UHGV virus genome: UHGV-1326467
Reading direction: 5' to 3' (one strand)
DNA length: 23,054 nt
From: a virus
Shown one piece after another: positions 8,487 through 15,451 of the stretch. The position numbers and the translations under genes were made by a program. The first letter of the stretch is position 1; each line of letters opens with the position of its first letter. The notes under the pieces are model-generated. The model made no database searches and was not told the origin of the DNA. It was given only the letters and a program-made list of their open reading frames with translations.

Positions 8487-8664
8487 TCAGGACTGCCAAC
8501 ACGGCAGCCTGCGCTGTGTTTTGGTCCATTGCTTCGGTAAGGGCGATGAACGTTACATCCAGTCGTGAAGCAATATTGCGCATTAACTCTGCCGCTTCCG
8601 GTGGTAGATCTGGTGCCGCAGCGTAAGCTGCAGCGACCAGTTCTTTAACTTTCATATGTGGCAT
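8464..8664 (-). CDS. small hypothetical protein (66 aa)
   Basis: Start overlaps the stop of the upstream HD-domain gene (TAATG); sits within the coupled operon. Confidence 0.4.
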   Translation of the reverse strand: MPHMKVKELVAAAYAAAPDLPPEAAELMRNIASRLDVTFIALTEAMDQNTAQAAVLAVLNGVKNNG

Positions 8665-9191
8665 TAGCGCCGCTCCATCAGCTGGTGGAATCGGTTCATG
8701 AACATCCCATAGGCCTGACCTGGGCGAACCGGATTAATAACGAATTGATCCGTTGGAATAATGCCTTCGAGCATGGGCCAGACAGTACCGTCGTCGATCT
8801 CAAAGTCACGACGTTCGCTGGCCAACATCACTAGGTCGGCATATTTAACGGTCGGGTGCTGCTCAGCAGGTAGGCCGAATTTCTGACGTATTGCAGCATC
8901 AACCCGATCCTCAATGGCGCGGTAGTCCGGGAGCAGGCGTTTAAGCGGTGCTGGAATATCCTGCAAATAAGCCTCTGCGGCATCGTGCAGAAGTGCTTCA
9001 AGCGCAAACTCCTGTGGTACCAGGTGGCTGGTTAACACGCTGTGCTGACCAACGCTGTAGAACTCCGGAAGATGGCCAGCAAAGCGGCAAATATTCGAGA
9101 GCGCGTTAGCGATATCTTCGATCTCAATGGCATCCAGCTGGATATCCAGATAGTTAAAGTGCTTGCCTGTGAAGGTTTGAATAAAGCTCAT
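8664..9191 (-). CDS. yfdR: HD-domain phosphohydrolase, YfdR-like 5'-deoxynucleotidase
   Basis: HD motif (ALLHDAAEAY) and size (175 aa) match prophage CPS-53 YfdR as recalled; ATG at 9191 with GGAGA 7 nt upstream is preferred over the track start at 9221. Confidence 0.65.
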   Translation of the reverse strand: MSFIQTFTGKHFNYLDIQLDAIEIEDIANALSNICRFAGHLPEFYSVGQHSVLTSHLVPQEFALEALLHDAAEAYLQDIPAPLKRLLPDYRAIEDRVDAAIRQKFGLPAEQHPTVKYADLVMLASERRDFEIDDGTVWPMLEGIIPTDQFVINPVRPGQAYGMFMNRFHQLMERR

Positions 9192-9323
9192 CGTATTTCT
9201 CCATTTAATTGCGCTCTGCACAGCGCTGATTTTTGTGTGTAGGAATCCCTCGCCAGGTGGCGATTAATTGCAGGATTACGCTTTAATAAATCCCCGCAAC
9301 GACGGGGATTTAATGGAGAGCAA

Positions 9324-10151
9324 TCAGGCTTTGAAGTTGCCGATAAAGGTTTCTACCGGCTTGCCGTCGAACTTGCCAACCAGCAGATCGCGGAACTCAT
9401 TGGCGATCGCTTCTTCCTGGGCCTCCAGTTGGACAATACGCAGAACGAAAACCGGGTCGCTACTTTTCAGCAGACTGTTGCGCAGACTGAAACGACGTTC
9501 GCCCAGGCCTTCATAGGGTACACACTTAAACTCAAACGCGACCGGCATAACATCTTTACTGCTGGCTTCGATACTTTGCATCAGCGATTTTTTGCCGCTG
9601 AAATCACCGTCTTCATGATCGGCGGCATTAGTTTGCTGGATAGTGACACGGCGAACCGCCTGCGCCGCCTGTGCAATTTTCATTGTCTGTCCGTCAGCAT
9701 CGAACGCAGTGAGATAGTCGCTCCAGTCTTCGAGCCATTCGGCGATTTGCTTCTGATTAAGGTGATCGCCGTTGATCGCCAGTAACGCGCGGAAGGGCGC
9801 TGTCTTCTTAAGCTTGATAGAGGCGACGTTATCAGCGTGGCCTGGGTTATCCAGCGTACCGATGTTGAAGATAGAGCGAGCAAGCATGTTATCGGCATCA
9901 ATAAAGCAACGTGCTTTTTCTTCTTCCTGGGCATAACCAACAGAATAGCGAACGAAATCATCAATACTGGTTGTGTCCATGGCGCCACGGAAACGGAAGC
10001 GCTCATAAGAAAAACGCTCCAGGCTTTCAACGCTTGTATTTTGAGGTAACAGGGCGGTCGGGCAGGCCAGGCCGTGGATATCGTTCAGGTGATAACCGGA
10101 AAGCACCAGGTCTTTAACCTGCTGAAAAGTACCGCTGTCTAACTGAGACAT
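9324..10151 (-). CDS. yfdQ: YfdQ-like (DUF2303) phage protein
   Basis: 275 aa, same size and gene-order position (between yfdP and yfdR) as E. coli CPS-53 YfdQ; AAGGA Shine-Dalgarno. Confidence 0.55.
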   Translation of the reverse strand: MSQLDSGTFQQVKDLVLSGYHLNDIHGLACPTALLPQNTSVESLERFSYERFRFRGAMDTTSIDDFVRYSVGYAQEEEKARCFIDADNMLARSIFNIGTLDNPGHADNVASIKLKKTAPFRALLAINGDHLNQKQIAEWLEDWSDYLTAFDADGQTMKIAQAAQAVRRVTIQQTNAADHEDGDFSGKKSLMQSIEASSKDVMPVAFEFKCVPYEGLGERRFSLRNSLLKSSDPVFVLRIVQLEAQEEAIANEFRDLLVGKFDGKPVETFIGNFKA

Positions 10152-10207
10152 AAAAATTCCTTATTAACTGATTAGCGAAGTGGTATCAGTGAATTTGTGC
10201 GTGCGGA

Positions 10208-10579
10208 TCACTGAGCCGCTTTAAGCTTTCCGTCCACCGTGCCGGTGATACCGAAGAGTTGCCCTTGATCCTCCTGCAGGATGGTGAGCTTGCCGCCTTT
10301 ATTGACCCACATTGGTGTTTCGGTGGTGTCCTCTTCCGACGCTTTTCCGCGGGGAGTTGGGGTGCTGTAGTTCAGCTTGTGCTTAATCTTGACGCGCTTC
10401 TCTTCAACAGAGTTGCCCATACGCTCAAAATCAAAGGTCAGGACTACTTTGCCTTTGTTGCCGTTGTTCAGAACGCCGAGCGCGGTGGTATTCAGAGCCG
10501 CCGCAATCTTGTTCATGAATACGCCGGCGTCCAGTTCGCCCAGGAAATCGGGCACGACTGTCATGCGATCATTACTCAT
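10208..10579 (-). CDS. YfdP-like hypothetical protein
   Basis: 123 aa from the ATG at 10579 (GAGAGGG Shine-Dalgarno upstream); the track start at 10636 is a GTG without an SD. Confidence 0.5.
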   Translation of the reverse strand: MSNDRMTVVPDFLGELDAGVFMNKIAAALNTTALGVLNNGNKGKVVLTFDFERMGNSVEEKRVKIKHKLNYSTPTPRGKASEEDTTETPMWVNKGGKLTILQEDQGQLFGITGTVDGKLKAAQ

Positions 10580-10718
10580 GGTTTTACCCTCTCGAAAGGC
10601 GGCTGCCACCGCCGGGAATTTCTCCGTACACAACACAGAAGAGCACCTGCGGCTGCAAATCCGCCCGGGTGGATTGGGTAATGAGCCCGTCGCCCGGTGA
10701 TGCTCTTGTGTATTGTGT

Positions 10719-10788
10719 AAAAAGGGCGGTTATCCATCAGAACGTTATCCTCTTCCTCCTTTGGATAGTGGAAAACTGGATAACCGCC
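10719..10788 (-). terminator. candidate intrinsic terminator / attenuator in the pL transcript upstream of the early genes
   Basis: Perfect 11-bp inverted repeat ggcggttatcc / ggataaccgcc (10725-10735, 10778-10788) enclosing an inner 5-bp hairpin (tatcc / ggata) and an AGGAGG-rich loop, followed on the transcribed strand by CUUUUUA. Confidence 0.4.
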
Positions 10789-10789
10789 A

Positions 10790-11697
10790 AGACTACACAC
10801 AGCACAGTTAACTAGGTTGTGGCGGTGGTGCCTCCACCTGCCGGGTTAAGCCATAACCGGCGACGTACACTGCCCGGAAACGCATTCCATGAACGGGTTG
10901 GCTCGCCACGTGCGCATAGCCGCAATTACCACAACGAAGAGAGCACTGCCGGTGTCCGAATCGAACGGACCTTTTCCCTGCCCATCACCAGATATAGAAC
11001 TATCCTGGCGTCTGGAATCGAACCAGACTCTGTGCCTTGCTCGTCAATGCCCTCATCGTTGTGTCCCGGACTCTTCCCGGGCGTCACACCTTTTCGCCGC
11101 GCTGGTGGGGCGCACGTCGTGCCTGAAACACTTAGCTTGCACATTCCAGTTGTCCGGATAGCGCATGGAACTTCAAGGGAACCATCCGGGCTGCTAACGC
11201 TGCATGTGCCATACAACGGTCGTGAATATTGCCGTTCACAACTGGAAGCGCACTCCTTCAGTTACAAACCAGTCCCCACGACGTATGAAGATGGAATGCG
11301 CTTTCATGTTGTGTACGATTCATCTACCCCGGTCCGGCGGCGCCACCTCGCCGGGGCAGATGCAAAGGACCGTTACGCGATCATTCGGCTTGTTGGTCTG
11401 GCCGGAAGTATCAAGTCCCGACATCGCGGATTCTGCTTCTCCGCCCCGATTTCACCCCCGCTATTGTTTAGCGCGCAAACCGAGAAAACGCCTTCAACGC
11501 TGTCGGCTTTCGCCATGTTCGATCAGGTATCTTCGGGCGGGGCGCCGGCGACCAACCGGCACAACCCCTACAGTATTAATCCAGGTCTACTGGACCCCCG
11601 ACGCCGTGGGCTAAACGGCTGCTGTATGTCGGGTGAGTTTCTGTTGCTGGTGGTCAATCCAGCTCCGCAACCCCTCCCGAAGACACCTGTTTTTCAA
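10790..11697 (-). other. ORF-poor, strand-asymmetric leader segment; candidate structured noncoding RNA or decayed locus
   Basis: No minus-strand open frame longer than about 112 codons and none protein-like; plus strand is C-rich, giving spurious 90-305-codon opposite-strand ORFs with low-complexity translations. Two T-arm-like hairpins with UUCGAUU loops (plus 10954-10970, 11011-11027) and a long-range inverted repeat (10878-10890 vs 11291-11304). Confidence 0.3.
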
Positions 11698-11910
11698 TCA
11701 AAACTTCAAATTACGCACCAGAGGGGCAGCAGTTGAGCCGCCTGACATTTGTACCCTGATACGGTTTACTGATGGTTTGCTACGTTCTTCGCCCGTAAAG
11801 CTGTTGAATGTGCATAACCCTAGGACTAAACGAGGGACGCCGCGTAAAATTACAATTCCTCCAGCTTTTGGTAGCTTGCGGTACGCCTTGCGGCGTTGTG
11901 CTGAATTCAT
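11698..11910 (-). CDS. pL-proximal small basic protein, possible N-like antiterminator
   Basis: 70 aa; N-terminus MNSAQRRKAYRKLPK resembles an arginine-rich motif (lambda N begins MDAQTRRRERRAEK); GAGAGG Shine-Dalgarno 8 nt upstream; first ORF downstream of the predicted pL. Confidence 0.35.
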   Translation of the reverse strand: MNSAQRRKAYRKLPKAGGIVILRGVPRLVLGLCTFNSFTGEERSKPSVNRIRVQMSGGSTAAPLVRNLKF

Positions 11911-11945
11911 CCTGGTTGCCTCTCACCGTAAAGTAAGTTTGCTGA

Positions 11946-11996
11946 TGAATGTAATATTAGAAGTCTTACATTTTAAGTCAAGAGGAAAATGTAAGA
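11946..11996 (-). promoter_or_regulatory. pL promoter with overlapping operator palindrome (oL)
   Basis: Leftward -35 TTGACT (11981-11976), 17-nt spacer, -10 AATATT (11958-11953). Perfect inverted 10-mers CTTACATTTT (11965-11974) and AAAATGTAAG (11986-11995) straddle the -35; the same 10-mer recurs in oR. Confidence 0.55.
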
Positions 11997-12020
11997 AGGC
12001 TTACTTTTTGTGGCGGGGCA

Positions 12021-12044
12021 ATAAAAAACCCGCGGATGCGGGTT
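12021..12044 (-). terminator. rho-independent terminator of cI
   Basis: Stem aacccgc / gcgggtt with loop atcc followed by TTTTTT on the minus strand, 8 nt after the cI stop codon. Confidence 0.7.
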
Positions 12045-12051
12045 CGGGGGC

Positions 12052-12684
12052 TTAGAGATCGATGATTATTTGCTTAACTATACCGATCAGTTTTGTATCT
12101 TGGTTCACCTCTATAGGCTTAAACGACGGGTTTAGAGGTATGAGATAGGAAAATGGAGGGTCTATGGCGAGCTTTTTAATGGTCGCTTCACCACCAGTAA
12201 CGGTTTGGGCTATCACAATTTTGCCATTTGCCTCATCAACAAAACCGTATTCTGGCTCGACAATGACAACCGAACCATCAGGAATGCTAAGCTCTTGGCT
12301 CGAAGTCATCGAGTGACCTTTAACACGTAATGCAAAAGCTGATTCAGATAGCTTCTTTGTAGTTTTAACCAGTTCGTTAGCTGGATCGCCAATAACCTCG
12401 GTCCAGTTACCTGCCTGAACCCAAGATATAACAGGCACTTCTCTAACAGATATCAGGTTAATGTTGATACCGTTCTCGATATCGCCTGTACCGAAGATAA
12501 GCCATTCGGGAGAACATCTCAGGCACTGACATACCAATACAAGATTCTCGCCTGATAACTTTGTGGAATCATTTTCCCATTGTGTAACCGCAGACGCGCT
12601 GACGCCGGCCCACTCAGCAACATCACGTTGCGTAAGTTTTTTCTGCTTACGTCTAAATCTTAATCTGCTGCCAACGGTATCCAT
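12052..12684 (-). CDS. cI: CI-like repressor (HTH plus S24 LexA-like peptidase domain)
   Basis: N-terminal HTH (KLTQRDVAEWAGVSASAVTQWE) and C-terminal S24 domain with catalytic Ser (GHSM) and a downstream Lys; GGAGG Shine-Dalgarno; divergent from cro. Confidence 0.85.
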   Translation of the reverse strand: MDTVGSRLRFRRKQKKLTQRDVAEWAGVSASAVTQWENDSTKLSGENLVLVCQCLRCSPEWLIFGTGDIENGININLISVREVPVISWVQAGNWTEVIGDPANELVKTTKKLSESAFALRVKGHSMTSSQELSIPDGSVVIVEPEYGFVDEANGKIVIAQTVTGGEATIKKLAIDPPFSYLIPLNPSFKPIEVNQDTKLIGIVKQIIIDL

Positions 12685-12699
12685 AAAATCTCCTCCGGA

Positions 12700-12770
12700 T
12701 TACACGTTAGCAATCTTACATTTTATTGACGTAAGTATGCTGTCGATATAGCATGTAAGTATGCTAACTT
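12700..12770. promoter_or_regulatory. oR / pR / pRM immunity control region
   Basis: Rightward -35 TTGACG (12726-12731), 17-nt spacer, -10 TAGCAT (12749-12754). Operator half-sites CTTACATTTT (12715-12724), GTAAG (12731-12735) and ATGTAAG (12753-12759); direct repeat gtaagtatgc at 12731 and 12755. Confidence 0.55.
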
Positions 12771-12787
12771 TTTAGGGGAGGTAATCC

Positions 12788-12991
12788 ATGTTGAAAGCTA
12801 AAGTCGTCACGTTCTATGGCGGTATATCTAAAACCGCTACAGCTCTGGGAGTGACCCATAGTGCTGTATGCCAGTGGGGAGATGTTATCCCAGAAAAACA
12901 AGCGCTCTACATTGAGCGGCTCACAGATGGAAGGCTGAAGTACGACGCTTCCCTCTATCACAAGAATATCAATCCAACGACTCAGCAGTAA
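12788..12991 (+). CDS. cro: Cro-like repressor
   Basis: 67-aa HTH protein (ISKTATALGVTHSAVCQWG) transcribed divergently from cI; GGGGAGG Shine-Dalgarno. Confidence 0.7.
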   Translation: MLKAKVVTFYGGISKTATALGVTHSAVCQWGDVIPEKQALYIERLTDGRLKYDASLYHKNINPTTQQ

Positions 12992-13013
12992 CCACAGACG
13001 TAGGGGGTAAGCC

Positions 13014-13565
13014 GTGGGTATAGAACCTGAATGGAAAGTAGAGAAGCAACCGGCGTGGCTGGTGGCTGCGATTAAAAAAACTATCACCGAACTGGATGGG
13101 GGTTATGCAGAAGCTGCTGAATGGTTAGGCGTTACAGAAAACGCGCTCTTTAACCGCCTTCGCGCAGAAGGGGATCAGATATTCCCGCTCGGTTGGGCAA
13201 TGGTACTCCAACGTGCAGCGAGCACAAATCATATAGCTAATGCTATCGCACGCCACTCCAACGGCGTCTTTGTTCCGCTTGCTGAAGCAGAGGATGTGGA
13301 CAATGGCGACATTAATCAACGGCTTATGGAGTCGATTGAGTGGATTGGAAAACACTCCAGCTTCATTCGTAAAGCAACTGCTGATGGTGTTATTGATGCC
13401 GATGAAAAGGCTCAGATTGAGCAGAACAGCTATCAGGTGATGGCAAAGTTCCAGGAGCATGTAGCGCTTCTGTTTCGCGTTTTTTGTACTCCAGAAAAGA
13501 GTGACGCCCGCGAGTGTGCAGCTCCGGGCGTCGTGGCGAATAAATCTTTGTGTATGGAGAAATAA
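13014..13565 (+). CDS. CII-like regulatory protein (phage 186 CII / CP76-like)
   Basis: 183 aa; segment ALFNRLRAEGDQIFPLGWAMVLQRAASTNHIANAIA resembles the 186 CII HTH region from memory; position immediately after cro. Apparent GTG start. Confidence 0.45.
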   Translation: MGIEPEWKVEKQPAWLVAAIKKTITELDGGYAEAAEWLGVTENALFNRLRAEGDQIFPLGWAMVLQRAASTNHIANAIARHSNGVFVPLAEAEDVDNGDINQRLMESIEWIGKHSSFIRKATADGVIDADEKAQIEQNSYQVMAKFQEHVALLFRVFCTPEKSDARECAAPGVVANKSLCMEK

Positions 13566-13737
13566 TCCGCATGAGCAATTTAATCGTAAATCTTCAATTA
13601 CCGCAACTACGGATGTACCCGATCCCGGGCGTTTCGTCGTTTCGGTATGAGCGCATGGTATGCGGTAAATGGGTCAAGTGTAACCACAGTCGGGCACGCG
13701 GAGTTGTGGGGGTCTTTAACCGGAGGGCAAAAGCGTT

Positions 13738-13917
13738 ATGCGAGAAGTTAACCGGAAGTTCAAAGACCACTATGGCAATCCAGTCAGAGTTATCCGCTGG
13801 GAGCCTGAGACACGTCGCGTCATCTACCTGCGGGAAGGCTATTCCCACGAGTGCTTTAGCCCACTCGATCAGTTTCAACGCAAGTTCAGGGAAGTAGAGG
13901 GCAGCCATGAGCAGTAA
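13738..13917 (+). CDS. small hypothetical protein (59 aa), below the ORF track cutoff
   Basis: MREVNRKFKDHYGNPVRVIRWEPETRRVIYLREGYSHECFSPLDQFQRKFREVEGSHEQ; GGAGG upstream; 3' end overlaps the start of the replication gene by 11 nt. Confidence 0.4.
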   Translation: MREVNRKFKDHYGNPVRVIRWEPETRRVIYLREGYSHECFSPLDQFQRKFREVEGSHEQ

Positions 13918-14818
13918 ATTACACGGCCTCGTATGGGAAGCATGCGCTTTCAAAGGGCTGATAATCTCAGAAATAGCGGTCATGGCTCGCCTGGCAGATT
14001 TCAGTAATGACGAAGGTGTGTCATGGCCAGCGGTAACCACTATTCAGCGACAGATCGGCGCCAAGAGCGAGAATACTGTCCGCAGCGCTATCAAAAAGCT
14101 TCAGGCTAAAGGCTGGCTGAAGAAGCAGGAACGGCGCGTGGGCGGAAAGAATAATTCGAACGTTTATAAACTCAATGTTGACATGCTGGAACGTGCAGCA
14201 GCTGAAGCAAAAATTTTCTACGCAACGCCACGTGAACAATCAAAATTTGATGCCTCAGAATTTGAGGGTTCAAAATTTGAGGGGTCAAATTCTGATGCCT
14301 CAAATAATGGGTCTGTACCCCCTCAAATATTGCGGGAGGACCCCTCAATGGTTGAAGGCGATCCGTCATTAGATCCGTCATTAGATCCGTCATCTAAAAA
14401 ACCTTCTTGTCGGGCTCCTGCGGAACCCGACGATAAGCCGGATCCTGAAGTTGTTATTACCGATAACGCGATCGAAGTTCTGGCACACCTGAATCTGGTC
14501 AGCGGTTCCCGTTACCAGAAATCTAAGACCTCGCTGGAGAACATTCGCGCCCGCCTCCGCGAAGGTCATACCGTTAGCGACTTGAAACTGGTAATTGACG
14601 TCAAGCATGAGCACTGGCATGGCAACGACGAGCAATACCAGTACATGCGACCCGAGACACTTTTCGGCCCTAAAAAATTCGAGGGATATCTGCAAAGCGC
14701 TATCCGTTGGGATGCTAAAGGCCGCCCGCCAAGGGAGTCGTGGGACAAAACCAGACCGCGGGATGTTAATTCAATTAGTCCAGTACAAACCACGATTCCA
14801 CGGGGGTTCCGGGGATGA
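13907..14818 (+). CDS. replication initiation protein, O-like replisome organiser
   Basis: N-terminal winged-helix-like domain and a C-terminal segment (LENIRARLREGHTVSDLKLVIDVKHEHW...) recalled as the conserved phage replication C-terminus; iteron-like repeats lie within the coding linker as in lambda O. Confidence 0.65.
   Translation: MSSKLHGLVWEACAFKGLIISEIAVMARLADFSNDEGVSWPAVTTIQRQIGAKSENTVRSAIKKLQAKGWLKKQERRVGGKNNSNVYKLNVDMLERAAAEAKIFYATPREQSKFDASEFEGSKFEGSNSDASNNGSVPPQILREDPSMVEGDPSLDPSLDPSSKKPSCRAPAEPDDKPDPEVVITDNAIEVLAHLNLVSGSRYQKSKTSLENIRARLREGHTVSDLKLVIDVKHEHWHGNDEQYQYMRPETLFGPKKFEGYLQSAIRWDAKGRPPRESWDKTRPRDVNSISPVQTTIPRGFRG
14236..14395. repeat. candidate replication origin: iteron-like repeats inside the O-like gene
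   Basis: Repeated tgatgcctca (x2), tcaaaatttgaggg variants and inverted atttgaggg / ccctcaaat, followed by three tandem 12-mers gatccgtcatta (14360-14393) encoding DPSLDPSLDPS. Confidence 0.5.
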
Positions 14819-15273
14819 ACATAGCCAAGTCGATCTTTGAATTTATTGAGAAGAATCCCGGCAAAATGCTGCGCGATATCACTGCGGCATTTCCTGGAAC
14901 CAAACCGGTAACAGTGAAGAGCGCTGTTCATCGCCTTTACTACGACGGGGAACTTGCCAGCGTTGAAGTTACTGGTGGGTTTATCTACTTCGTAGCGGGA
15001 TCCATCGATATTGAAGAGTACCTGCCTGGTGGGCTTTCGGGGGAGATTCTTGCCCTTGAAGCGACAGCCAAAAAGCTGGAAGAGAAACGCTATTACCGCC
15101 GTGCGGCGACGGTATGGCAGCAACTTTGTGACAGCAACTGTACGGCTAAAGCAAGAGAGCGATACCTGCGTCTTAAGAATGCTTCTGTTCGAAACGCCAG
15201 AAACATGAATGATTCCGCCGGGTCATGCTATCTGGCCGGAAATTACTGCGGAGGTGACTTGTGCTCCGATTGA
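14815..15273 (+). CDS. PerC-family transcriptional regulator-like protein
   Basis: C-terminal AKKLEEKRYYRRAATVWQQL matches the PerC signature (LE.K..YRRAA..W) as recalled; ATGA overlap with the O-like stop. Confidence 0.5.
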   Translation: MNIAKSIFEFIEKNPGKMLRDITAAFPGTKPVTVKSAVHRLYYDGELASVEVTGGFIYFVAGSIDIEEYLPGGLSGEILALEATAKKLEEKRYYRRAATVWQQLCDSNCTAKARERYLRLKNASVRNARNMNDSAGSCYLAGNYCGGDLCSD

Positions 15274-15451
15274 AGAGGATTTTGATAAGTCTCCGGCGCC
15301 TTGTGCGTTTGCATCACTGGCGTTACTGGTGGCAGCACGACGTTATTTTTCGCAGAAAATATGCACTCCTCAGAAATGACCTTTTCAGCTTTGATCGCCG
15401 TTACTGGTTACTGAGAGCACTTGTTAATGCTGATCAGCGCAGGGGAAAACT

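Noticed and set aside
9211-9313. Intergenic hairpins between the YfdQ-like and YfdR-like genes (gcgct/agcgc at 9211-9226; aaatccccg/cggggattt at 9291-9313)
   Set aside because: Short or not followed by a U-run on the transcribed strand, so they cannot be called terminators; possibly RNA processing or stability elements but the evidence is insufficient.
10944-11030. Two complete tRNA genes suggested by GGTTCGATTCC-type T-arm hairpins on the minus strand
   Set aside because: No matching 7-bp acceptor stems, D-arm or CCA-compatible 3' ends could be traced around either hairpin. They are kept only as T-arm-like structural elements inside the ORF-poor leader finding.
10819-11736. 305-aa plus-strand ORF (and neighbouring 90-140-aa plus-strand ORFs at 10889-11161, 11204-11614, 11633-12055)
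   Set aside because: Translations are low-complexity (rich in P, R, S, G), have no start context, and run antisense to the pL transcript. The open frames are explained by the C-rich composition of the plus strand, which depletes stop codons.
13550-14040. ORFs 13550..13897 (+) and 13594..14040 (-)
   Set aside because: The minus ORF is antisense to the replication gene N-terminus; the plus ORF overlaps in another frame the better-supported 59-aa ORF at 13738..13917 and has a less protein-like sequence.
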